Positions 51,500 through 64,000 of a stretch of DNA of 64,000 nt are shown one piece after another. Position numbers and translations under genes: made by a program. Source of the DNA: Octopus vulgaris (lineage: Eukaryota); the NCBI GenBank assembly GCA_951406725.2, contig OX597822.1, forward strand, positions 88,846,001 to 88,910,000, written 5' to 3'. Position 1 is the first letter of the stretch, and every line of letters starts with the position of its first letter. The notes under the pieces are model-generated. The model was not told where the DNA came from, did no database searches, and was given only the letters and a program-made list of their open reading frames with translations.

Positions 51500-54278
51500 G
51501 CTGACTATATTCTCATCAGGAAATGGGGAAAATGGCTACTTGTAAATGCCAAAACTTTCCCAGGTGAAGAATGCACCCCACAACATAGGTTAGTAGTTAG
51601 TGACTTCAGGATCAGAACTAAATGGCTGCCCAGGAGCCGACCAGCATGGAAAAGAACCTGGAAGCTTAAGGATTCTCTGAATGGACAGACATATTACTTG
51701 AAGCTTTTGACAAAAAAGAGGAGGTTATAGCATCACATAATGTAGAGAACAACTGGAGGTTCCTACAGGACAACCTGTTGAGGGCTACTGACCAGATCTG
51801 TGGCTGGTGCAAAGTCCTTTCTCAACCTAAGGTAACGTGGTGGAACAATGTAGTTGGCAAGGCCATTTGGGAAAAGAAACAGGCATGGAAGGACTGGAAG
51901 TGTGGTGGTAGCAGGGAACTAGCAGATCGCCGGATGGGAAGCTAGGAGGCAGGTTTACTTAACCAGAGGAGAAGCAGATGAGAAAAATTTACCAATGTTC
52001 TGTGTCATAAGGACCAGAGACTTGAAGTGTTTTGTATTGCAAGACCGAGTGCGATAGAGAATTGTGATGTCATAGGAGAGAAGTGTTGGCATGGATGATG
52101 GCTCACTTGCATTTAATGATGCTGCAAAGAGAGAGACTTGGAGATGCCACTATGAAAGGTTGCTAAATGAAGAGAATGAACGGGAGAAAGAGAATCTGCC
52201 AAATGTTAACCCAACAGAGGGACCAGCTATTCAAATTGACAGTACCTTGGTAGATAAAGCAATTAAGGGTATGAAGACAGGGAAAGCTCCCAGCCCATCA
52301 GGAATCACTGTTGAGATGCTTAAAATACCTGGCAGTGTAGGCTATAGTCTAGTCAACCAGGTGATATATGGAGTCTTACCCAATGACTGGTGTAGTAGCA
52401 CAATAGTCAACTGCTACAAAGGTGAAAGTGACACATTAGATAGTGATAATTACGGAGGTATCAAATTGTTGGATCAGGAGATGAAAACCACGAAGAGGGT
52501 CATAGCCCAACTAATTAGGGAGGGAGTTAGTTTAGATGAGATGCAGTTTGGGTTTGTGCCAGAGAGAACCACTACTGATGCTATATTTCTAGTTAAGACA
52601 GTTGCAGGAGTAATTTCTAGCCAATGATGAACCTCAGTACTTGGCTTTCATTGACATGGAGAAAGCCTTTGACAGGGTTCCCCAATCCCTTATCTGGTAG
52701 TCAATTCAGAAACTAGGGGTAGGTGAGTGGTTGGTGAGAGCTGTACAAGCCATGTACAGGGATGCTGTCAGTAAGGTGAGGGTTGGCAACGAGTATAGCA
52801 AAGAATTCCGAGTAGAAGTAGGAGTTCACCAAGGATCAGTCCTCAGCGCCCACTCATTCATCATAGTTCTCCAGGTAATAACAGAGCAATTCAAGACAGG
52901 CTGCCCCTGGGCACTCCTCTATGCTTATGACCTTACTCTAATAGATGAGTCACTATCAGAACTAGAGAAGTTTCAGGTGTGGAAGCAGGGTCTAGAATTG
53001 AAGGGCCTTAGCATCAGTCTAACAAAAACCCAAGTCCTAGTAAGTAGGAAAGCAGAAGAATCATAAATCCCTTCAGAGAGATGGTCCTGCTCGATTTGTA
53101 GAAAAGGTGTAGGTAGAAACTCCATAAGATGTACTCTGTGTAAGCTATGGACACATAAAAGGTGCAGCAATATCAAAGGTAGGTTAACTGGTAAGATAGT
53201 TTTTGTGAGTGGTAGATGCACAGGGGCAATAAACACCAAACATGTACAGAAAACAGATTCCATCACATGCCACGGGTAAAAACTAGAAGTAGTTGATAGC
53301 CTCCATAACCTAGGTGACCAAGTCAGTAGTGAGGTGGATGCTCTGAGAACATAGCTGCTAAAATAAGAATAGACTGGGCAAAGTTCAGAGAGCTCCTCTC
53401 TCTGCTGGTAACAAAGGGCCTCTCACTCAGAATGAAAGGTAGGCTGTATGATGCATGTGTGCACACAGCCATGCTGCATGGCATTGAAACATGGGCTGTG
53501 ACTGCTGAGGACATGTGCAGGCTTGAAAGAAATTAAGCTAGTATGCTCTGCTGGATGTGTAATGTCAGTGTGCATACACGACAGAGTGTAAGCACCTTGA
53601 GGGAAAAGTTGGACATAAGAAACTTCAAGAGAGACTACTGCACTGACATGTGTTGCATATGGAGGACAGCTCTGTGAAGAAGTGTCACACCCTAACTGTG
53701 GAGGGAGCCTGTAAAAGACCTAGGATGAGGTGGTGAAGCATGACCTTTGAATGCTGGGCCTCATAGCGGCAACAACAAGCAACTGAGACTTTTGGAGATA
53801 TGCTGTACTTGAGAAGACCTAGCAAGCCAAGTGAGATCATAGCTGTGGCCAATGCCAATGTCGCATAACTGGCCTATTTAAAAGTATCCATTCAATCACC
53901 AGGCAATATATTGTGTTTGAGAAGACCTGTTGAGCCAAGTGAAATCATAGTTGTGGCCGATTCCAGTGCTACCTGACTGGTACATAAAAAGCTCCATTCG
54001 AGCGTGACTGGTGCCTGTGTCACTGGACTTGAACCCGTGCCGGTGGCACATAAAAAGCACCATTCAAGCATGGTCAATGCCAGTGCCCCTTGACTGGCCT
54101 CAGCTGAGGGATCTTTGTCTTGCATATTACTTGGTGACCTCACCAGTGCTGGGGTTGCATGAAGGGCATCCAGCTGTAGAAATCAAAGCAGACAAAAGAA
54201 CTTAGCACAATCTTGTGCCTAGTCAGCTCCTGTCAAACCATCCAATCTGTCCCAGCGTAAACGTTAAATGATGATGAT
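51500..54278 (+). mobile_element. RTE LINE, longest copy (endonuclease end to tail)
   Basis: DYILIRK, QHRLVVSDF, QFGFVP, GVHQGSVLS, PHD cluster, 3'UTR and (GAT)n tail; multiple stops. Confidence 0.92.
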
Positions 54279-55114
54279 TTGTGTGTGTGAATATGTGATT
54301 AGCAACAGAAGCAATCTTTGCAACAAATATTAATTAGCACATCCAAACTAACTTGAATGTGTTGATTATAATGCCTAGGAATGTGTTTCTAGATGACAAA
54401 TGTGAAAAAAAATCATCACAGATATTGGTTGACAATATTTCATCAGCACCAGCAGATGATACTTTTGTATCAAATAACTTCACCATATTATGGTCATCAC
54501 ATGCAGATTTCTCAGGACATTTACTGCAATCCTAGGCATTATAAACAACACATCCAAGTTAATTTAGATGGGCTAATTTCTAACACACACACACACACAA
54601 GTGCATGTGAATTTGTGGATGCCAGTGTTTGTTAATCTTTATAGGACTTAGAGGAGGAAGAAGAGTAGCTGTTAGTCTTTTCAGGATGTCTGTGATTGGC
54701 GTGAAATTAACATCAAACAGGCACCTGACCCCAGCGCTTGCTATAGTGTAAACTCCAGTAAATGTTATGGCTAAATCAGTTGATAGTTTAGCTCAACTAT
54801 GTAATCAATAGATTTTGTGCCAAAGATTGTTCCTAAGAGAATATGCGACTGAGATGTAGTCTTTGTGGTGGTAGCTTGGATCTTCCTTCTCCATTCTTGC
54901 ATCAACAGTTTCTTTGGTTATCTTTGGAACAGAAGCTATCCATTTTGTGATTGAGTGTATTAAGTTTTGTAACCAAATTTCTATTGAAATGCGTGCCTTT
55001 GTTTCAATTAATTTTGGAAATAATGAAGAATTTTGTAAAATAACTTTAAGTTGATGTTTGGAACATAAATTAATGTGAAATTTTGATGGAAGGTTTTAAT
55101 TCAGATAACTTTAA

Positions 55115-56080
55115 AACACACACACATATATATATATATATATACATACACACACACACGTATGTATATACGTATGTATGTATGTATATACGTACGTATG
55201 TATGTATGTACGTATGTATGTATATACGTATGTATGTATGTATGTATATACGTATGTATGTATGTATATACGTATGTATGTATGTATATACGTATGTATG
55301 TATGTATATACGTATGTATGTATGTATATACGTATGTATGTATGTATATACGTATGTATGTATGTATATACGTATGTATGTATGTATATACGTATGTATG
55401 TATGTATATACGTATGTATGTATGTATATACGTATGTATGTATGTATATACGTATGTATGTATGTATATACGTATGTATGTATGTATATACGTATGTATG
55501 TATATACGTATGTATGTATGTATATACGTATATATGTATGTATATACGTATATATGTATGTATATACGTATATATGTATATGTATATACGTATATATGTA
55601 TATGTATATACGTATATATGTGTATATGTATATACGTATGTATGTATATATATATATGTATGTATGTATATATATATATGTATGTATATATATATATGTA
55701 TGTATATATATATGTATGTATATACGTATGTATGTATATACGTATGTATGTATATACGTATGTATGTATATACGTATGTATGTATATACGTATGTATGTA
55801 TATACGTATGTATGTATATATATATATGTATATATATATGTATGTATATACGTATGTATGTATATACGTATGTATGTATATATATATGTATGTATATACG
55901 TATGTATGTATATACGTATGTATGTATATACGTATGTATGTATATACGTATGTATGTATATACGTATGTATGTATATATATATATATGTATGTATATATG
56001 TATGTATATACATATGTATGTATATATGTATGTATATACGTATGTATGTATATATATATACGTATATATGTATGTATATG
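55115..56080. repeat. Compound microsatellite (TATG)n/TATACG with 20-bp and 16-bp higher-order units
   Basis: Directly visible. Confidence 0.95.
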
Positions 56081-56972
56081 TTTTGTAGATCAACTGGAGT
56101 GCAATAATAGCATTAAATTAACATCTGTTGTACATCAATAATGTCTTGTTTTTAGAAAATGTTGCCTGTGCTACTGAAAAGTTTTGTGATCCCTGATCTA
56201 AGCAAGCACTGCAATGCTTGAGAGTCAAACTGAGGCTTGTTTGCTATATCCTCCATTTTTAACATTATTATTATTACTATTTTATTGGTGCTTTGTTTTA
56301 TACAAATTGTTCCAGATTTCATCTAGAGACCTCAAGTTAGAAATTTGACTGTTTATGATGTCATTTGTTATTCTTCTAATTATTATTATTAAGGCAGTAA
56401 AACCATTATTATAGTTAAATATCATGTATGCTTCTTCTGCTCCTGGCATTGTAACCTGTAGTTCATAAGAATTAAACCTTGTCAGTGAGGTAAATCTAAA
56501 GGGGTTTTGTTTTCTATCTTTCAGTTAGAAGTTCAGCATTGAAATAATTAATTCATGATGTTACAGAAACAACTCCTACAACAACCATATATACCTGTTT
56601 AGCTACATAACATACCACTCTTTATTTAATTTCTGTTTTCCTATCAGTATAGTGGACATTTTTCTTGTATACTGAGAAAGGCCACACAGCTTTCAACTGC
56701 TCTCTATTCATTACATATTACTCTTTCATATCTTAGAAGGACACATCTATTTAGCAGTTCCCTTCTATAGACAAAGCAGAAATTACTTTGTACCTTTTCC
56801 TTCTTCATTCTGTTTCCACACCTTTCCTTCCAGTTCTATCTCCTAATTACTATTTTTATATATATATATATATCATGGAATGCCATGATAGATCGTTAGC
56901 TCCTACACGCATTTTTTTCTCTCCTTGTTTCTCTCCTTTTTTTTTTTCTCTCCTTGTTTTTTTTTCTGTGTA

Positions 56973-57010
56973 TCTTTCTGTCTAAGAGCGTAGGCTCAAA
57001 ACGTAAAAGA
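56973..57010 (+). ncRNA. Degenerate minimal hammerhead motif
   Basis: tcttt-CTGTCTA-a-gagcgtaggctc-AAAA-cg-TA-aaaga: stems intact, core residues mutated. Confidence 0.5.
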
Positions 57011-57106
57011 CTTGTTCTATTTCTATTCCTGAGCGCCATACTAATACATTTGTTTGTTTGTACTCCACCTGCCTTCGTTTTTTGTTTATTTTCGTAAACC
57101 TTCCCG

Positions 57107-57144
<38 letters not shown>

Positions 57145-57260
57145 CTTATAAATAAGGGCAAAAGAAAATTATTTCTATGTCAATATGCTGAAAACAGACT
57201 TTTCAATCATCAATTTCCACATATTATTATACCCACTACTGAAATACATTTTTTAAAAAG

Positions 57261-57336
57261 TTCGTTATTGCTATATTGAATCAATTTCGGAATTAATCTC
57301 ATAATAGATTTTTTCCTCTTCAGTAGAAAATACGAA
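57261..57336 (-). ncRNA. Type I hammerhead ribozyme, intact core
   Basis: Minus strand: ttcgtattttcta-CTGAAGA-ggaaaaaatct-attatg-agattaattcc-GAAA-ttgattcaa-TA-tagcaataacgaa. Confidence 0.8.
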
Positions 57337-57450
57337 TAGAAATAAATTAAATACTTATATATATTTTAATTTAGAGATAGTAGACCCCTACATCTCACCA
57401 AATAAAAAGAATTTTTATTTTTATTTTAAATGCCTACTGTTTTATTACTT

Positions 57451-57545
57451 GGCAACACGTGTTTCATGAGGTACATCCTCGGGTTCCTAAACCACTCCGT
57501 GTTTCCCTGGAACCCCTCTCAAGATACTACCCCAATCATCAGGCC
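57451..57545 (-). ncRNA. Type I hammerhead ribozyme, intact core, long stem II
   Basis: Minus strand: ggc-CTGATGA-ttggggta...tacctcat-GAAA-cacgtg-TT-gcc. Confidence 0.75.
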
Positions 57546-57727
57546 CTTATATAACTTCATCAACGTTCAATACAATAAACTATATTTTAATTTTTTAAAA
57601 CCCTTAAGTATGTTTAAATTAGGTATGTTTGAATTAGTTTCACTGGACTCTACAGTACAAGCCATAATTCAGATAAAAATTCAAATAAAGATTAAAAGTT
57701 ACACGAATAAAGTAAGGAATAACAAAA

Positions 57728-57761
<34 letters not shown>

Positions 57762-58144
57762 TTCTACAGCTTGATGCCCTTCCTAACGCCAACCACTCCG
57801 AGAGTGTAGTGGGTGCTTTTACGTGCCACTGGCACGAGGGCCAGTTTCATGGTAAATATATAAAATGGTGCTTTTTATGTGCCACCTGCACAGGAGCCAG
57901 TCCAGCAGCATTGGCGACGACCTCACTCGAATGTTTCACGTGCCACCAGCACAAGTGCTAGGAAGGCGAAGCAGTAATGATCACGCTCGAATGGCGTGTT
58001 TAACATGCCATCGGCATGAATGCCAGCTTGTTACCAGCATCACAGCTGCAATTTCCATTGATGTTGATCGATTTCGTTTCTCACTTGCCTCAACAGGTCT
58101 TCACAAGTAGAGTTTTGTGTCCCCAGAAGGAAAGGTATGCATGC

Positions 58145-58193
<49 letters not shown>

Positions 58194-58555
58194 TATATGC
58201 ATATATATATATACACATATATGCATATATATATACACTTATATATATACATATATACAAATATATATATAAATATATATATACACATATGCATATATAT
58301 ATATACACATATATGCATACATATATACACATATATATACATACATATATATACATACACATATATATATACATATATATACATACATACACATATATAC
58401 ATATATATATACATACATACATACACATATATACATATATATACATACATACACATATATATACATATATATATATACACATATATATATACACACGCAC
58501 ATATATATACACACACATATATACATACATATATATGCACATATACATATATATA

Positions 58556-58774
58556 CTCTTACTCTTTACTCTTTTACTTGTTTCAGTCATTTGACTGCAG
58601 CCATGCTGGAGCACCGCCTTTAGTCGAGCAAATCGACCCCGAGACTTATTCTTTGTAAGCCCAGTACTTATTCTATCGGTCTCTTTTTGCCGAACCGCTA
58701 AGTGACGGGGACGTAAACACACCAGCATCGGTTGTCAAGCAATGCTAGGTGGACAAACACACACACAAACATAT

Positions 58775-58810
<36 letters not shown>

Positions 58811-58985
58811 ATACATATATACGACAGGCTTCTTTCAGTTTCCGTCTACCAAATCCACTCACAAGGCATTGGTCGGCCCGAGGCTATAGCAGAAGGCACT
58901 TGCCCAAGATGCCACGCAGTGGGACTGAACCCGGAACCATGAAGTTGGTAAGCTAGCTACTTACCACACAGCCACTCCTGCACCT
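58556..58985 (-). mobile_element. tRNA-derived SINE (family B)
   Basis: Closely similar to 16794-17191. Confidence 0.88.
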
Positions 58986-58991
58986 ATATAC

Positions 58992-59026
<35 letters not shown>

Positions 59027-59080
59027 TATATAAATATATGAAAGAATGGAGTTGAACGACGAATTAACAAAATTCCTTTA

Positions 59081-59163
59081 TTTTCGACATATGTTTCGAA
59101 GGCTGCATATTCCTAATTGCGAAGGAATAAGGAGTATATTATGCCGCTTTCTCATCAGGAAAA
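59081..59163 (-). ncRNA. Type I hammerhead ribozyme, intact core (left arm of palindrome A)
   Basis: ttttc-CTGATGA-gaaagcggcata...tatgcagccttc-GAAA-catatg-TC-gaaaa; GUC cleavage triplet. Confidence 0.85.
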
Positions 59164-59281
59164 GCAAGGAACTTATGTCAACATCAAGATGCACAAAAAA
59201 CTTTTAGATGACTGCTCATACGGAGCCCATAGTGAAAAAAAAAGTTTTTTGTGCATCTTGATGTTGACATAAGTTCCTTGC

Positions 59282-59364
59282 TTTTCCTGATAAGAAAGCG
59301 GCATAATATACTCCTTATTCCTTCGCAATTAGGAATATGCAGCCTTCGAAACATATGTCGAAAA
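59282..59364 (+). ncRNA. Hammerhead motif with G8A substitution (right arm of palindrome A)
   Basis: Same as the left arm but the core reads CTGATAA (A at 59292). Confidence 0.8.
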
Positions 59365-59569
59365 TAAAGGAATTTCGTTAATTCGTCGTTCAACTCCATT
59401 CTTTTATATATTTATATTTTTTTAAAAAAACATACAAATTTCCACACGAAAGCACGTAACTTCAAACGTGTCTTCTCTGATGTGAATTTGCTACCCAGGT
59501 ATCGGTTAACCGAATTATCCATAACAAGATAATTCATTCAACTACTCAAATATTCATATATATATACAT

Positions 59570-59617
<48 letters not shown>

Positions 59618-59681
59618 ACACACACACACACATATATATATACATACACATACACACACACACATATATATATATATACAT

Positions 59682-59716
<35 letters not shown>

Positions 59717-59734
59717 CATACACCCACACATAAC

Positions 59735-59799
<65 letters not shown>

Positions 59800-59869
59800 G
59801 ATAAAACGGTAAGATAACAAAAGAAAGAAAGAGACCTCAATATTATGTAAATAGAGGAAATTTATCTAT

Positions 59870-60178
59870 ACAATTATATGTTACATTACTCAATAGTCAA
59901 GATAAAACTCTGAGTTTCAGATGCCGAAGTGGGAATCCACGACATCTCTTCGGTTATCTGGCTATTTGAAAACACTATATCTGGATGCATATCACATAGA
60001 TTATTCTATGAAAAATACACCGATCCCATCAAAGGAATTTTACTCTAAGAAACTTCTACAGAAAAGATATAGCGTTTTCAAATAGCCAAATAACCAAAGA
60101 GATGTCGTGGATTCCCACTTCGGCATCTGAAACTCAAGAGTTTTATCTTGACTATCGAGTAATGTAACATATAATTGT
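59870..60178. repeat. Palindrome B (~113-bp arms) with a hammerhead-like motif in each arm
   Basis: 59870-59982 vs 60065-60178. Minus strand 59900-59959 reads agataa-CCGAAGA-gatgtcg...cggcatc-t-GAAA-ctcagag-TT-ttatct. Confidence 0.9.
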
Positions 60179-60512
60179 GTGTATATATATATATATGTAT
60201 AAATATCTATATATACTTGTATATGTGGGTACAGGTCATCAAAAAGATGTAAACAAATGAGAATGAGAACATAAACATAGAAAATTAACATTCTTTCGAA
60301 CAATGAAAGAAACAAATAGAGGAACAAGACAGGCAACATAAAGGTCATTCCCTTCATCAGGTGTTCCCTGTTTTATCTACTTTATCTACTCTGTGTTATA
60401 TGATCGAATGCCACACGTCCATTTCCAAGTATGCTTCATCTTAATACATCTACATATATGTGTAGACATATATACATCTGTGTGTGTGTGTGTGTGTGTA
60501 TATGTGTATATA

Positions 60513-60557
<45 letters not shown>

Positions 60558-60635
60558 ATAATACAGTGATTGTTTTTTATCAGGAACAAAATGTTTTATA
60601 GGACTGCTATAGAAGTGCTCAATTGAATGAGACAA

Positions 60636-61074
60636 ATATATCAACCTAAGGTTACAGAACAGACAAATGCAAGGTCATCCACGTAACATTTCATATCTCG
60701 AACATTTAATCATAGAATATACATTTATGACATCACGGAAGATGAAACATAACTCATCTGTACAAGCATATAAGAAAGTGCGAGAAAAATGTGTGAATAC
60801 AGTTCATCACGGTTAATGTTCATACTTTAGCGATTAAGAAATATATATGTTGTAATGTTTTTTAAAAAAATATATATTTCTTAATCGCTAAAGTATGAAC
60901 ATTAACCGTGATGAACTGTATTCACACATTTTTCTCGCACTTTCTTATATGCTTGTACAGATGAGTTATGTTTCATCTTCCATGATGTCATAAATGTATA
61001 TTCTATGATTAAATGTTCGAGATATGAAATGTTACGTGGATGACCTTGCATTTGTTTGTTCTGTAACCTTAGGT

Positions 61075-61082
<8 letters not shown>
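60636..61082. repeat. Near-perfect palindrome C (213-bp arms, 21-bp loop)
   Basis: 60636-60848 vs 60870-61082; 2 mismatches by eye. Confidence 0.95.
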
Positions 61083-61110
<28 letters not shown>

Positions 61111-61159
61111 TCATCATCGTTTAACGTCCGTTTTCCGCGCTAGCACAGGTTGGACGGTT

Positions 61160-61546
61160 CTATATGTATATGGAAATATACATGTATATTTATATATATA
61201 TATATATATACACACATCTCTATATGTATATGGAAATATACATGTATATTTATATATATATATATATACACACATCTCTATATGTATATGGAAATATACA
61301 TGTATATTTATATATATATATACACACATCTCTATATGTATATGGAAATATACATGTATATTTATATATATATATACACACATCTCTATATGTATATGGA
61401 AATATACATGTATATTTATATATATATATACACACATCTCTATATGTATATGGAAATATACATGTATATTTTTGTATATATATATATATATACACACATC
61501 TCTATATGTATATGGAAATATACATGTATATTTATATATATTTTTG

Positions 61547-61581
<35 letters not shown>

Positions 61582-61932
61582 CTCTATATGTATATGGAAA
61601 TATACATGTATATTTATATATATTTTTGTATATATATATATATATATACACACACATCTCTATATGTATATGGAAATATACATGTATATTTATATATATT
61701 TTTGTATATATATATATATATATACACACACATCTCTATATGTATATGGAAATATACATGTATATTTATATATATTTTTGTATATATATATATATATATA
61801 TACACACATCTCTATATGTATATGGAAATATACATGTATATTTATATATATTTTTGTATATATATATATATATATATACACACATCTCTATATGTATATG
61901 GAAATATACATGTATATTTATATATATTTTTG

Positions 61933-61965
<33 letters not shown>

Positions 61966-62146
61966 CTCTATATGTATATGGAAATATATATGTATATTTA
62001 TATATATTTTTGTATATATATATATATATACACACATCTCTATATGTATATGGAAATATACATGTATATTTATATATATTTTTGTATATATATATATATA
62101 TACACACACATCTCTATATGTATATGGAAATATACATGTATATTTA

Positions 62147-62196
<50 letters not shown>

Positions 62197-62243
62197 CTCT
62201 ATATGTATATGGAAATATACATGTATATTTATATATATTTTTG

Positions 62244-62275
<32 letters not shown>

Positions 62276-62406
62276 TCTATATGTATATGGAAATATACAT
62301 GTATATTTATATATATTTTTGTATATATATATATATATATATATATATAACACACACATCTCTATATGTATATGGAAATATACATGTATATTTATATATA
62401 TTTTTG

Positions 62407-62439
<33 letters not shown>

Positions 62440-62624
62440 CTCTATATGTATATGGAAATATACATGTATATTTATATATATTTTTGTATATATATATATA
62501 TATACACACATCTCTATATGTATATGGAAATATACATGTATATTTATATATATTTTTGTATATATATATATATATATACACACATCTCTATATGTATATG
62601 GAAATATACATGTATATTTATATA

Positions 62625-62665
<41 letters not shown>

Positions 62666-62750
62666 CTCTATATGTATATGGAAATATACATGTATATTTA
62701 TATATATTTTTGTATACATGTATATATATATATATATATACATATACACA
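61160..62750. repeat. Minisatellite, ~22 units of ~54-85 bp
   Basis: Constant core cacatctctatatgtatatggaaatatacatgtatattt plus variable (TA)n. Confidence 0.95.
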
Positions 62751-63810
62751 CACACAATCTCCTATGACTGTGTTTTGTACTTTTGTCAGTCTTTTTTTAT
62801 GTGATCTATATTGCCATGTTCCTCAAATTGTCTCTATCGTTTGGGCTATTAAAAGCAAAACATCCCACTTTTTCATTATCCCTCCTCCTATCCTTTGCAT
62901 CAGATCTTTTCATTCTATTATCCTTTTCAATAGTCTTTAAATGTTCTGTTATACTGAACCCCAGTTTTCTTGCTCCATTGGTTCACTATCAAAACTTGTT
63001 TTTTTGTGATGCATCTTGATCTACTTTCTATAATCTTTAGCATGGATGCACGAACATCACACAACTTTTTTCTTCTCTTCTCCATTTCTATATTACTGTT
63101 ATGATTATTTCCAATTTCAAGAATTATTTATTACAAAAATGAAAGAATATTTCTTTTTTCGTTTGTTTGTATTTTCAATTGCAGGTTTTATTTTTAAATT
63201 AATCGTCATCATCATCACCAAAATGTCCATCTTTCCATGCTTGTATGTGTCAAATAGAATTCATTGAAGCAGGTTTCCTATGACCAGATAACTTGTTGCT
63301 TATTGATTTGTATGCAGTGGGTATTTTTACAGTTGGACTCCTGATTGTGGTGTATAGATGATGTTATATTTCTTATCAAACAAAGCTATTATCATCAGAA
63401 CTTCAGCTGTGATTATCCCATCTTATTTTCCGCTACAATGTATCCAGGACTATATTATTCAATGTGTTCTTTTGTAAGATACTATAGTGTGATTTGGGTG
63501 AGATGTGGGTGCTCTGCATAGCAGGTTGAGTGACCATACAGTTACTCTCTGGTCTGTGCAGTAATCATTTACAGCTGAGAGAGAGAGAGCAAAATAAGAA
63601 GTATAAGGTCTTGTCTAACACTGTACAGTTTGGTGATGCCTGGAATATGATTAAAGCTACCTAACTCATAGGTACACATACAAACAAGTACTTTGGTTCT
63701 GTGATTGCTCATTTACTGTAACATTTTGTATTAGTGAATTGGGTTTCTTTTTTGCTACTAAGTAGATTGTCAGAATCTTCAGTGTCAACCAGAATACCTT
63801 GTGAAATTTA

Positions 63811-63986
63811 CAAAGGATGCTAAAAAGTTCCTGGTATTGCAAAAAGCCTGGTTAGAGGCCTAACCTTCCAAATTCTTTTACAGGGCGTAGAAAAACTGAA
63901 GGACTGCTGCAATAAGTGTGTGAATCTGAGAGGGAAGTATGTTGAATAAAATCTTCCAAAGCCAGGAACTTTTCAGAACTCCTTTG
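63811..63986 (+). mobile_element. Internally deleted mariner element
   Basis: TA|CAAAGGATGCTAAAAAGTTCCTGG...CCAGGAACTTTTCAGAACTCCTTTG|TA; retains the mariner C-terminus FFYRGVEKL...KCVNLRGKYVE*. Confidence 0.8.
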
Positions 63987-64000
63987 TAATTATAGTTCTT

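Larger units (their letters stand above)
51131..56195. mobile_element. Possible hAT MITE split by nested insertions
   Basis: CAGGGGTCCCTAACC at 51131 and ...TGTGATCCCTG at 56195; flanks atctaaat/atctaagc match at 6 of 8. Confidence 0.45.
59028..59417. repeat. Near-perfect palindrome A (178-bp arms, 34-bp loop)
   Basis: 59028-59205 vs 59240-59417; 3 mismatches by eye. Confidence 0.95.

Noticed and set aside
51500-51525. CTGATGA on the minus strand as a hammerhead
   Set aside because: It is RTE endonuclease coding sequence (DYILIRK) and no GAAA/stem partner was found.
54353-54635. Possible further ABI exon
   Set aside because: No ABI or SH3 similarity and no convincing splice pair.
55083-56141. 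Long ORFs of 300-350 aa
   Set aside because: Translations of stop-free microsatellite (Y/I/C/M/V repeats), open in many frames.
60340-60370. CTGATGA on the minus strand
   Set aside because: No matching stem II/GAAA/stem III in the correct order could be identified.
60950-61040. Hammerhead in palindrome C (CAGATGA...GAAA)
   Set aside because: Non-canonical core, and stems could not be paired convincingly.
61150-62940. 596-aa ORF and CRISPR-like repeat/spacer appearance
   Set aside because: The spacers are only (TA)n of variable length; eukaryotic minisatellite with no cas genes.

Overview
AT-rich, repeat-dense animal genomic DNA. The SINE/RTE/Penelope repertoire and abundant (TA)n/(CA)n tracts suggest a coleoid cephalopod, most likely Octopus (inferred, not database-checked). 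There are two host genes on the + strand: an Asteroid homolog 1 (ASTE1, XPG/FEN1-type PIN nuclease) with its whole CDS in one exon (5637-7754), and the 5' part of an Abl-interactor (ABI) gene with coding exons at 26477-26599, 42844-43011, 43796-43984, 47922-48372 and candidate small exons at 48990-49016 and 50288-50338. No SH3 exon was found, so ABI probably runs past the window end. An inverted, transposon-truncated ASTE1 pseudogene lies at 20305-20945. The rest is mobile DNA: RTE LINEs with a PHD finger inside the RT, a Penelope-like element, a deleted Gypsy nested in a hAT, Merlin, Tigger, mariner and piggyBac-type remnants, non-autonomous Helitrons and tRNA-SINEs. The most striking signal is a set of about ten type-I hammerhead ribozyme motifs of several distinct sequence families, mostly in small (TA)n-embedded elements inside ABI introns. 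Two sit in the arms of long near-perfect palindromes, and the copies on the ABI sense strand are consistently the damaged ones.
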